29,985 nucleotides of DNA from a virus (lineage: Duplodnaviria; Caudoviricetes). Positions 16,320-23,848 of the stretch are shown here, in pieces. The notes below the pieces were generated by a model, which worked only from the letters and a program-made list of their open reading frames with translations, was not told the DNA's origin and ran no database searches. How positions within the stretch are numbered: the stretch's first letter is position 1; every line of letters begins with the position of its first letter. Location of the stretch: positions 1 through 29,985 of IMG/VR virus record IMGVR_UViG_3300005512_002719, one strand, 5' to 3'. The translations under genes were made by a program, and so were the position numbers.

Positions 16320-16353
16320 ATCTTTGTCACCTTTGATAGAAAGGCTTTAGCTA

Positions 16354-16749
16354 CTATAAATTTTTAAAGATCTTTTCTAAGAGATCTTTAGTATCGTTTA
16401 CTTTGCCTAGGTATCCCATCTTTCTACTTAGTTCTGGAGTTCCCTTATTTACTTTGTCACTAGAGGTGACATATTTTTGATACATAAAGATCATTTCAAT
16501 ATCTGAAGATTCGGACATGGTAAGAACATCATTCATATTAATGATGAACATATCTTCAGTTGTTGTTTTTAACCAAGGTTCTATTTTATATCCTATAGAG
16601 GATCCCCCTCTGTTTTTAACTAATGATAATATAATTGGATTAGATATAAGTAGCACTGTCTTATCTTCCTCTTCAGAAGCTGCTACCTTGCAAAAGATCT
16701 CATCTCCACATTTTAATTTAATTGTTGCGTAGAAATCATCCTCTATCAT
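16354..16749 (-). CDS. Hypothetical protein, possible Sm-like beta fold (131 aa)
   Basis: IKLKCGDEIFCKV...ISNPI...IEPWL...VLTMSE...MY. Overlaps the uvsW stop by 4 nt. Confidence 0.8.
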   Translation of the reverse strand: MIEDDFYATIKLKCGDEIFCKVAASEEEDKTVLLISNPIILSLVKNRGGSSIGYKIEPWLKTTTEDMFIINMNDVLTMSESSDIEMIFMYQKYVTSSDKVNKGTPELSRKMGYLGKVNDTKDLLEKIFKNL

Positions 16750-18230
16750 AACTGCCCTCTTAGTTGAATGGTTATAATCTCATAATTAAATTTCTCTTCA
16801 TTGTAGATTTTAATTCTTTCTATGAAGTGGTTGAGTGTGTAGTTCCTTCTTGTTTGAGTTGAACAATCATCTGCAATGTCGTATAATGTTGCCTTTACTT
16901 TTCCTTTTCCTTTTCTAAGAACTCGTCCAATACTTTGAAGATTTCTAACTCTGGACTTGCTAGGTGAGGCGAAGATAACATTGTGGAGATTTTTAATATT
17001 GATACCAGTACTAAAAGTTCCATAAGATGCGACAATGATTGCGTTGTCTTCTCTTTCGGTAATTTCTCTTACTAATTCTCGTTCTTCAGCATCAACACCA
17101 CCGTGTACAAAAAATACTTTACGGCCCTCACTCTTGTTTTTATTTATCTTTTCATAGAGTACCTGTCCATGTGCCTCGACTCTTTGGAAAAGAACAAGTG
17201 TATTCCCTTTAAGATCTAATGTTAAGTTGCAAATAAACTTATTGCGTTGTTCGTGCGTGATTAAATACTGTATCTCATCCTCATAAGTATCAAATTTTTG
17301 TGGAGGATGTTTAAGTACAAGACATTGAATATCGAGTTGAGATAAGTGCCCCTGCCTCATTAACTCATCAGTTCTTGTTACCTTATACGATGGCCCAAAT
17401 AACCCCTCTAACACCCATTTATGCGTCTGTGTGCCGTCTAAAGTTCCTGTAAAACCAAATCTATACTTTGCATGATGAAGTTTAGTCATGATCTGAATCA
17501 GTGATTTAGACTTGAACAGATGTGCTTCGTCACCTATAATACAACCATAGTCTTCAAAGAAAGATCTTTCTAGTTTGTATACGGATTGCCAAGTGGTAAT
17601 AGTTACAGGGGCATCATTACTTTTTTCCCTACCAGAATAGATACGGTGGCAATATGAATCAGCATCCCAACCATAATCAAGAAAGTCCTTATACATCTGT
17701 TCTACAAGAGATGTCGTCGGAACAACTAGAAGAATTTTTTCACCTCTATCCACATAGTACCGTACTAGGGAATAAATCATCAGTGATTTGCCGCTCGCAG
17801 TGGGGCTTATCAATAACTTTCTATTATGCTTTAGGGCACCATATACTCCCTCAATCTGATATTTCCTGGGAGTATGGGCACATATGGAATTCATATAATC
17901 TTTGACGCCTTCTATGGAAATATGTTCATTCTCCTCGTAAGGAGTTCCATAGAATTTATTGTCTTCAAACTTGTATGAATATCCGTAATTCTTACAAAAC
18001 GATACGATCTTATCTAACAGTCCAACATAGATTTGTTTAGAACGCATGTCATATAGATGAATTTCTCCATTCCAATTTCTACCACGATACTGTGGCATGA
18101 ACTTGGCGTTGGGGACTTCAAATTTAAAATGATCTCTTAACTCATATTCGATATGAGGTTCAGTATTAATTTTTAAAAATACTTCGTTTGATTTAGATAT
18201 AACAAGATCTGTTGTATTCACAATGATCAA
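16746..18230 (-). CDS. uvsW: RNA-DNA/DNA-DNA SF2 helicase UvsW
   Basis: PRKYQ, SPTASGKS, DEAH, FGFTGT, TFSTGINI and LQSIGRVLR. Exact start (TTG 18230 or GTG 18221) uncertain. Confidence 0.96.
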   Translation of the reverse strand: MIIVNTTDLVISKSNEVFLKINTEPHIEYELRDHFKFEVPNAKFMPQYRGRNWNGEIHLYDMRSKQIYVGLLDKIVSFCKNYGYSYKFEDNKFYGTPYEENEHISIEGVKDYMNSICAHTPRKYQIEGVYGALKHNRKLLISPTASGKSLMIYSLVRYYVDRGEKILLVVPTTSLVEQMYKDFLDYGWDADSYCHRIYSGREKSNDAPVTITTWQSVYKLERSFFEDYGCIIGDEAHLFKSKSLIQIMTKLHHAKYRFGFTGTLDGTQTHKWVLEGLFGPSYKVTRTDELMRQGHLSQLDIQCLVLKHPPQKFDTYEDEIQYLITHEQRNKFICNLTLDLKGNTLVLFQRVEAHGQVLYEKINKNKSEGRKVFFVHGGVDAEERELVREITEREDNAIIVASYGTFSTGINIKNLHNVIFASPSKSRVRNLQSIGRVLRKGKGKVKATLYDIADDCSTQTRRNYTLNHFIERIKIYNEEKFNYEIITIQLRGQL

Positions 18231-18241
18231 TCATCTATGAG

Positions 18242-18248
18242 TATTTAT
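18242..18248 (-). promoter_or_regulatory. Late (gp55-dependent) promoter upstream of uvsW
   Basis: ATAAATA in the intergenic gap. T4 uvsW is also late-expressed. Confidence 0.65.
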
Positions 18249-18430
18249 CACAAATCTGTGAAAGTATGTTCTAAAGTAATTCTATAAAAATGATCTCTCA
18301 TTGCAATTAGATCCTCTTGTTCCATAGGATCTCCACCTGTCCACTTTTCACATGCTATCTTAAGTCCTTTGTGAATAATACGAACTGCTTCAATTGGTAA
18401 TTCTAAATGGTAATAACTATCGTCTTCCAT
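18248..18430 (-). CDS. Small hypothetical protein (60 aa)
   Basis: TAATG coupling with the uvsY stop and fills the uvsY-uvsW gap. Confidence 0.7.
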   Translation of the reverse strand: MEDDSYYHLELPIEAVRIIHKGLKIACEKWTGGDPMEQEDLIAMRDHFYRITLEHTFTDL

Positions 18431-18864
18431 TACCCCAATCCTGCGTTAAACCGCATAAACTCTATTGCGTTTTTGATTTGATAGGTACGATTACTAATCT
18501 GCTTTAGTATACTCTCAATATAAACTAGCATTGTATCGTAATAATCAATCTTCAGCGAAACTCCGGAGAGTTTATCATCTGCATCTAGATACTTTTGCAT
18601 AGTTTCTTTATCCCTAATCTTTTTGGGAAACGGATTCTCAATATAGACATCTGGATCTGCTTTGCCACTAAAATATTCATATCGTTCGTGACGAATATTC
18701 TTCCTTTGTTGTTCTGCTTTCTTTCTCATTAGAAAGATAGTATTGTACATTTCAAAGTACTTCGCATGGAGAGAAGGAATGTTTGTAGACTCAGTATGCA
18801 AATTATCCATATCAATCTTGGAGTCTTTTTCCCACATCTCTTGAAGTTTTTCAAGATCGATCAT
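18430..18864 (-). CDS. uvsY: Recombination mediator UvsY
   Basis: WEKDSKID...IPSLHAKY...RYEYFSGK...RTYQIKNAIEFMRFNAG. Lies between gp3 and uvsW. Confidence 0.92.
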   Translation of the reverse strand: MIDLEKLQEMWEKDSKIDMDNLHTESTNIPSLHAKYFEMYNTIFLMRKKAEQQRKNIRHERYEYFSGKADPDVYIENPFPKKIRDKETMQKYLDADDKLSGVSLKIDYYDTMLVYIESILKQISNRTYQIKNAIEFMRFNAGLG

Positions 18865-18866
18865 AA

Positions 18867-19412
18867 TTATTTTTCAATATCGTATATAGTATACTTGAAT
18901 GATACAGATGCTGTAAAGTATCCATAGTCTTCGCTAGTAGCATCAAATTCTAAAGAAGACAACCTATAAGGATATAAGTCTTTAAATTTTACTTTAAATG
19001 CTGTATTATTATTACTATTTAAAACTTGTAGTGTTCCATCAGAATATATGTTCTTCATACTTTCGTCGGGACTTACATCACTTCCTTTTTGAAGGTTAAA
19101 GATTTCATCTAACGATTCTGCATATCCTAATCCACGAATCCAGTTATAAACTTCGAAATAATTTTCAAGTCCTTCATCAACTAAGAATTCAAAGGTAAAA
19201 TCCTCAAATTCAATTTTATCTCCTGGAACAGGAATATCTTTTAAATAAGTTGCTTGCACAGCATTTCCAAGTGTCAATGATGGAATATTGGCACGATTTC
19301 CAAAGAATGCAACCTTTGGTGCTTTATTTAAAACAAATTTAAACCCCTGTGGAGACAGAAAATTTCTATTTTCTACTTGATTATCATAGGGACTTCTTGT
19401 GGCATCAGACAT
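18867..19412 (-). CDS. gp3: Tail tube terminator / tail completion protein
   Basis: NFLSPQGFKF...ANIPSLTLG...PGDKIEF...FLVDE...NY.E.YNW...YSDGTL...FKDLYP..LS.L.FD (gp19-like fold), downstream of gp23. Confidence 0.85.
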   Translation of the reverse strand: MSDATRSPYDNQVENRNFLSPQGFKFVLNKAPKVAFFGNRANIPSLTLGNAVQATYLKDIPVPGDKIEFEDFTFEFLVDEGLENYFEVYNWIRGLGYAESLDEIFNLQKGSDVSPDESMKNIYSDGTLQVLNSNNNTAFKVKFKDLYPYRLSSLEFDATSEDYGYFTASVSFKYTIYDIEK

Positions 19413-19434
19413 CTTTTTTTAAATATTTGGGAGT

Positions 19435-19974
19435 TTATTCATAAGTAAATGTTTTGTTTTTGACTTTGGTGTCAAATTCACCAGTGCGTCCTGGCCTCAT
19501 CTTCCCTACTTTAACGTTCTTACCCTTACCTGGCCAAGATGTTTTGGAGGTTCCTTTGAGTGTAGCAGATCCACCTTTCTTACGTTGGATCAATACTGAA
19601 TCCTGATCGTCTTTTGCTGAACCTTTTACATTCTTTTTGTGCTTAAGTCCACCCTCTGTGCCCAGTTTCTCAACTGTCTTCTTAAACTTCTTCTTGCCCA
19701 TCTTACCAGAAGAAACTACATGGGACTTCTCTCCCACTTTCTTCTCCTTATCAGTTCCAGGGTTCTCTGTGTATCTACCAGATACTTTTGTGGGGCCAGG
19801 CAGTCCAGCACCACGAATTCTTCTTTCAGTTCTCTTACTTCTTTCTTTATTTTCTTTGGAGGACTTATCTCCACGTTGTCCAGATAGAATTGCCATTCCA
19901 CCCTTACCAGACTTGGAACGAATTCTATTCAGAGATGTCTCTTGAAGTTCTACAAATTCTGCGAATGTCCTCAT
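19435..19974 (-). CDS. Lys-rich putative internal head protein with SAM-lyase-like motifs (179 aa)
   Basis: N-terminus MRTFAEFVELQE resembles the T4 capsid-targeting sequence MKTYQEFIAE. The body has S-x2-R-x7-N-x2-R-x8-R, GxYxE, EKSxxV and QDSVL as recalled for T3 SAMase. The CDS is secure, the function inferred. Confidence 0.6.
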   Translation of the reverse strand: MRTFAEFVELQETSLNRIRSKSGKGGMAILSGQRGDKSSKENKERSKRTERRIRGAGLPGPTKVSGRYTENPGTDKEKKVGEKSHVVSSGKMGKKKFKKTVEKLGTEGGLKHKKNVKGSAKDDQDSVLIQRKKGGSATLKGTSKTSWPGKGKNVKVGKMRPGRTGEFDTKVKNKTFTYE

Positions 19975-19993
19975 CTTCCCAAAACTTTCTAAC

Positions 19994-20000
19994 TATTTAG
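19994..20000 (-). promoter_or_regulatory. Late-promoter-like box for the 179-aa gene
   Basis: CTAAATA right after the gp23 terminator, 19 nt upstream of ATG 19974. Confidence 0.6.
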
Positions 20001-20006
20001 AGATAT

Positions 20007-20033
20007 AAAAAAAGGGGAACCTTTCGGTTCCCC
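20007..20033 (-). terminator. Intrinsic terminator after gp23
   Basis: GGGGAACC-gaaa-GGTTCCCC-TTTTTTT: a perfect 8-bp stem, GAAA tetraloop and U7. Confidence 0.93.
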
Positions 20034-20065
20034 CTAGCACTTCCTTCACACGGATATAAATTATA

Positions 20066-21478
20066 TCACATGAGGTTCTTAACCGCAACTCTTCTGTAGT
20101 AGCGGTTTTGGTTGACGTGCAGAGCGCCAAGTCCTTGGTTGGTTCCTTCAGCGAAGGGGTTCGCGACAAGGCCGTAGCGCGTCTTGAATCCGATCTTAGG
20201 CTGGAAGGAGTTCTCTCCAACTGCACGAACCATCTGAAGAGGAACGTATGGGCAGTAGAAGATACCAGCGTCATAAGGAGAAGTACCCTTATAACCAACA
20301 ACGTAGTACTGGTTGCCTGGAGTTGCGTTAGCAGAAGTCAGGTTAGCAGCATAAGGATCGATGTATACACGATACTTACCTTGCAGAACACCAGCGAAGG
20401 TGTTACCAGTGTCATCAACGTTGAGGTTTGCGTTCAGCGCAGGGGTGTAATCGAGAACACCAGCCATGGTAAGTGCAGAAGCAACGTCTGCAGAACACAT
20501 GATGATGTTGCCCTTTCCTCTACGAGTTCTTTGTGCGATTGCGTTAGCATCACGCTCGATTTGGAAAAGGAGTCCCTTGAACTTCTCAACACTCCAACGT
20601 CCGTTAGAGTCAACGTCTAAGTCAAAGACGCCAGCGGTAGCGGTGTTTTGTACAGCACCTTGCTCAGCAACCTTATAGATGGTTCTGATGACTTCGCGGT
20701 TGATTTCAGCAAGAATCTCAGTGCTAAGGATGTTAGCGAGTTCTGCTTCAGCATTCAGTCCGTGAATTGCCTTCAGATCCTGTGCCAGTTCCAAGGAGTA
20801 CTCTGCTTTCAGAGCTCTGGACTTAGCGGTTACAGTGACTTTCTCGATCGAGAATGCCATCTGGTTGAATGCATCGTTGCCGGTGCCATCAAGGCTCTCA
20901 GCATCGCCAGTTTGCATTCCTTGTCCAACGTTATATGCGTTGGAGTTAGCAGAACCGACAGGGTTCAGGACAGATGGGTTAGTGCCGCTCTGAGCGGTAG
21001 TACCCATACCAGCGGTGCCATCGGAGAATCCACCTTCCAGATCGCGTCCGAAGTCCTGTCCAGAGAATGCGGAATCAACTTCATCGAAGAAGGTTTCTGC
21101 ACCAGACTGGTTCTGATAACGGGAGCGCATCGCAAAGATGAGTCCAGTTGGGCCACTCATTGGTTGGACGCCAGCCAGATCATATGCGATGAGGTTAGGC
21201 ATAGAGCGTCTGATCAAGGAGATCAGAACGGGATCGAAACCTGCGGTAGGGCCACCAGCAGCAGAGGAACCGGTGAATCCACCGTTACCTACTTGGTTGG
21301 TTGGTTGCTCGTTAAGCATTCCGCCATCGTTGAAGGCAGATTGCTCACGGAGGAATTTTTCTTGGTTTTCGAGCAGGACAGCGGTAACAGCTTTTCTATG
21401 GGGATCCTTGATTGATTCAAGGCCCTCATACTCAAGAAGAGGCTTCCACTTTTCCTGCAATTGCTCGGATTGGAACAT
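20066..21478 (-). CDS. gp23: Major capsid protein
   Basis: FDPVLISLIRRSMPNLIAYDLAGVQPMSGPTGLIFAMR, SRALKAEYSLELAQDLKAIHGL, YCPYVPL and FQPKIGFKTRYG. Confidence 0.99.
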   Translation of the reverse strand: MFQSEQLQEKWKPLLEYEGLESIKDPHRKAVTAVLLENQEKFLREQSAFNDGGMLNEQPTNQVGNGGFTGSSAAGGPTAGFDPVLISLIRRSMPNLIAYDLAGVQPMSGPTGLIFAMRSRYQNQSGAETFFDEVDSAFSGQDFGRDLEGGFSDGTAGMGTTAQSGTNPSVLNPVGSANSNAYNVGQGMQTGDAESLDGTGNDAFNQMAFSIEKVTVTAKSRALKAEYSLELAQDLKAIHGLNAEAELANILSTEILAEINREVIRTIYKVAEQGAVQNTATAGVFDLDVDSNGRWSVEKFKGLLFQIERDANAIAQRTRRGKGNIIMCSADVASALTMAGVLDYTPALNANLNVDDTGNTFAGVLQGKYRVYIDPYAANLTSANATPGNQYYVVGYKGTSPYDAGIFYCPYVPLQMVRAVGENSFQPKIGFKTRYGLVANPFAEGTNQGLGALHVNQNRYYRRVAVKNLM

Positions 21479-21524
21479 TTGCTTTAAAGTTTAATGTTTA
21501 CGTTTGATTTAATGTTGAATTCAA

Positions 21525-22610
21525 TCACTTACTAAAGTTACCCAAAGTTCTCAGGTATGCATCCATCGAACCAGTAATAGAAACTGGTGCGCTGTCTACA
21601 CCCTCAGACAGGGTTTCAGTTTTAGTAGTGGATGGAGTTGAGGAGAAATACGACTCCTTTAATGTCTCCAGTTTTTCACGATAAGATTCTTCACTTTCAA
21701 ACTCAACACTTTCGGAAAGTGAAGCGAGTTTCTCTTTCTGAGTAGACGCAAGTCCCTCAGAAACGTCATCGAGAATACCCTCTGCAACAGACTCAGCAAG
21801 TCTGCCGTTCAGAGCAATATTTTTCTCAATTTGCTCGTTGAGTTTTGTCTCCATATCATCAAGTTTTTCTACCATGCTCTCAAGCACATCATATTTATCT
21901 TCAGGGATTGTTACATAATGTTCTTCAAAAAGACTCTTCATTCCGTTCAGGAATGATTCAGTCATATCAGTTTTTAATCCTTGCTCAACAGCAAGGGCAT
22001 TTTCAGTGAACCACTCATCAGCGACGTACTCCAGATAGGAGTCCACACGCTCAGAAAGGGATTCTTTTGCTGCTTCGACTTCTTCCGAAAGCGCAGCAGC
22101 ATACTGTGCTTCCAGTTCTTCTTTAATATCAGCAACCTTAGCATTGATTGCTGCTTCAAAGATAGTCTTTGCTTTTTCTTTGAACTCTTCAGAGAGTTCT
22201 TCGCCACCGAGGAGAGCATTAACATCTTCTTCGATGTCATACTCGGTAACAACTTCGTCCTCAGAAGTTTCTTCTTCAGCAACTACTTCGTCAGTTGTTA
22301 CCTCTTCCTCTTCAATGGTATCTTCTACGGAGAGTTCTTCTTCTTCTTTCTTCATGGTAGGCATAGAATCTGCTGTTCTTGCACCTTTATTCACTACGTC
22401 TCTTACTTGCTTAAGAGTTTTGCCTGGTGTGTTTAATTTTGCCGAATCATCATCGGGTTTATAATTCTCAGGGGTAGGCCCACCAAGATCTTCGTAAGAA
22501 CCAGCAACTGAAGTATCCATCGGATCTGCAGCTTTTGCTCCAGAATTAACAGCGGTTTTGGATTGCTGTGTCTTTACTTCCATTTCTTGTAATTTTTTAC
22601 CACGAGACAT
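21525..22610 (-). CDS. gp22: Prohead core scaffold protein
   Basis: Acidic coiled-coil protein with LSEEFKEKAKTIFEAA and VDSYLEYVADEW, between gp21 and gp23. Confidence 0.94.
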   Translation of the reverse strand: MSRGKKLQEMEVKTQQSKTAVNSGAKAADPMDTSVAGSYEDLGGPTPENYKPDDDSAKLNTPGKTLKQVRDVVNKGARTADSMPTMKKEEEELSVEDTIEEEEVTTDEVVAEEETSEDEVVTEYDIEEDVNALLGGEELSEEFKEKAKTIFEAAINAKVADIKEELEAQYAAALSEEVEAAKESLSERVDSYLEYVADEWFTENALAVEQGLKTDMTESFLNGMKSLFEEHYVTIPEDKYDVLESMVEKLDDMETKLNEQIEKNIALNGRLAESVAEGILDDVSEGLASTQKEKLASLSESVEFESEESYREKLETLKESYFSSTPSTTKTETLSEGVDSAPVSITGSMDAYLRTLGNFSK

Positions 22611-22644
22611 TTTGACTCTCCGTTTTTTCCGTTTTTTAAAACTA

Positions 22645-22656
22645 TATTTATTTATA
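22645..22656 (-). promoter_or_regulatory. Tandem late promoter upstream of gp22
   Basis: TATAAATAAATA on the minus strand: the T4 consensus TATAAATA plus an overlapping ATAAATA. Confidence 0.8.
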
Positions 22657-22675
22657 AATTAATATATTTAATGAA

Positions 22676-23326
22676 TCAGAGGTTATTTAGAAAATCATTA
22701 AATAGATCTAATTTTTTCTCATCAAGTTGTTTTTGAGTGACAAGAGTGTTGATCTCTTTGTATGTTTTTTCTGCAAATTTTTCGCGGAGAATGCCACCAT
22801 CCCATACCCAATCCTTTCCTTCCATGATCCCCTCAACAAATGCATCAGGTGCAGATGGATCAGCAACGATGTCTGCAGCAGTTGCTAACATAAAATCATC
22901 GCCAACAATATTGACTCCTTCGCGAGTCATCTTCAAAGAACCAATACCTCTAGAAGAAACACCAAGTTTTACTCCTTCTTCAATTAAAGAAGAAGCAATT
23001 TTGCCCATTGGAGTGTTGAGGATTTTTGCTTTTCCAATGAAGTTAGAACCAGACTCTCTCAAAGAGACAATTTTGTGGGAAACTCTGTCAAGATTGACGG
23101 TTGGTCCATCCGGATGTCCAAGTTCACCAAGTGCTCTACCTGCTTGAACATGATTTTCGTTATATCTACAAACTTCCTTACGGAGAGTCTCCATAGGATA
23201 CATTCTACCATTACGATTTTTAATGTTTCCTTGAAGGAAAACACCTTCAATGTACATGGATTTCTTGCCGTTTTTATTTTCGACAAGAAATTCAACTGTT
23301 TCGATTTCTTCCCTGATGAGTTTCAT
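22676..23326 (-). CDS. gp21: Prohead protease
   Basis: YIEGVFLQ...NRNGRMYP...ALGELGHP...GVSSRGIGS...DIVADPSAPDAFV. Confidence 0.97.
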   Translation of the reverse strand: MKLIREEIETVEFLVENKNGKKSMYIEGVFLQGNIKNRNGRMYPMETLRKEVCRYNENHVQAGRALGELGHPDGPTVNLDRVSHKIVSLRESGSNFIGKAKILNTPMGKIASSLIEEGVKLGVSSRGIGSLKMTREGVNIVGDDFMLATAADIVADPSAPDAFVEGIMEGKDWVWDGGILREKFAEKTYKEINTLVTQKQLDEKKLDLFNDFLNNL

Positions 23327-23330
23327 TGAT

Positions 23331-23597
23331 TTAACCTGTGTAACCTACTTTAGCGGCTCTGGATGTACCAGTTCCATATACAACATCATTTGGTTTTTTC
23401 TCAACATATTCAACAGTTCCGTCTGGAACAGTGATAAAATTAGTTGTAGCTGCACCAACCAAAGTTGAGACGCCAACAGTAGCAGAGGAGCCAGAAACAT
23501 TAACTACTCTCACTACCGTAGCTTGCTCTAATGAAGTAGCAGAACCAGCAGCAGTAGGGACCGCAATTTCATTACCGATAATTAATGTCCTAGCCAT
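23331..23597 (-). CDS. Small Ala/Thr/Val-rich hypothetical protein, probably structural (88 aa)
   Basis: Clean ORF between the portal and protease genes with its own consensus late promoter. Confidence 0.75.
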   Translation of the reverse strand: MARTLIIGNEIAVPTAAGSATSLEQATVVRVVNVSGSSATVGVSTLVGAATTNFITVPDGTVEYVEKKPNDVVYGTGTSRAAKVGYTG

Positions 23598-23619
23598 TGA
23601 TAATCCCTAGTGTATGTTT

Positions 23620-23627
23620 TATTTATA
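23620..23627 (-). promoter_or_regulatory. Late promoter
   Basis: Exact TATAAATA in the intergenic gap. Confidence 0.8.
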
Positions 23628-23628
23628 C

Positions 23629-23820
23629 TTACTCAGATTCTTCTTCAACATCAGCAATTTCATCTTCAAGTTCAGAATCATCACCAAAAAGTGAATCTGC
23701 TGCTACTGGTTTGAATGCATCAATTCTTTCTGCGGATTTAGAAAAAAGAATATCTTTGATTTTGTCACTGATTTGGGAAGGTGATTCATCAGCAGAAATC
23801 ATATCTAAGAGTTCTTCCAT
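23629..23820 (-). CDS. Small acidic protein, gp67-like prohead core candidate (63 aa)
   Basis: Directly after gp20, with an acidic C-terminal tail. The gp67 link rests on position and composition only. Confidence 0.65.
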   Translation of the reverse strand: MEELLDMISADESPSQISDKIKDILFSKSAERIDAFKPVAADSLFGDDSELEDEIADVEEESE

Positions 23821-23848
23821 TAAATTGTATAGTAAACGGTGAAATTAT

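Noticed and set aside
20108-21494. Long plus-strand ORFs (170, 255 and 118 aa) opposite gp23
   Set aside because: Antisense shadows of a strongly codon-biased gene, with no promoter, SD or recognisable motifs.
22190-22355. Repetitive TCTTCT-rich sequence in gp22 (similar tract at about 11790-11960)
   Set aside because: Reflects Glu/Asp/Ser-rich linkers in the proteins, not a DNA repeat element.
22684-22690. Extra CTAAATA boxes inside gp21, inside gp43 (near 687-693) and at 10239-10245
   Set aside because: A 7-mer like this is expected by chance in AT-rich DNA. I kept only copies positioned just upstream of a gene or RNA element, and those remain tentative.
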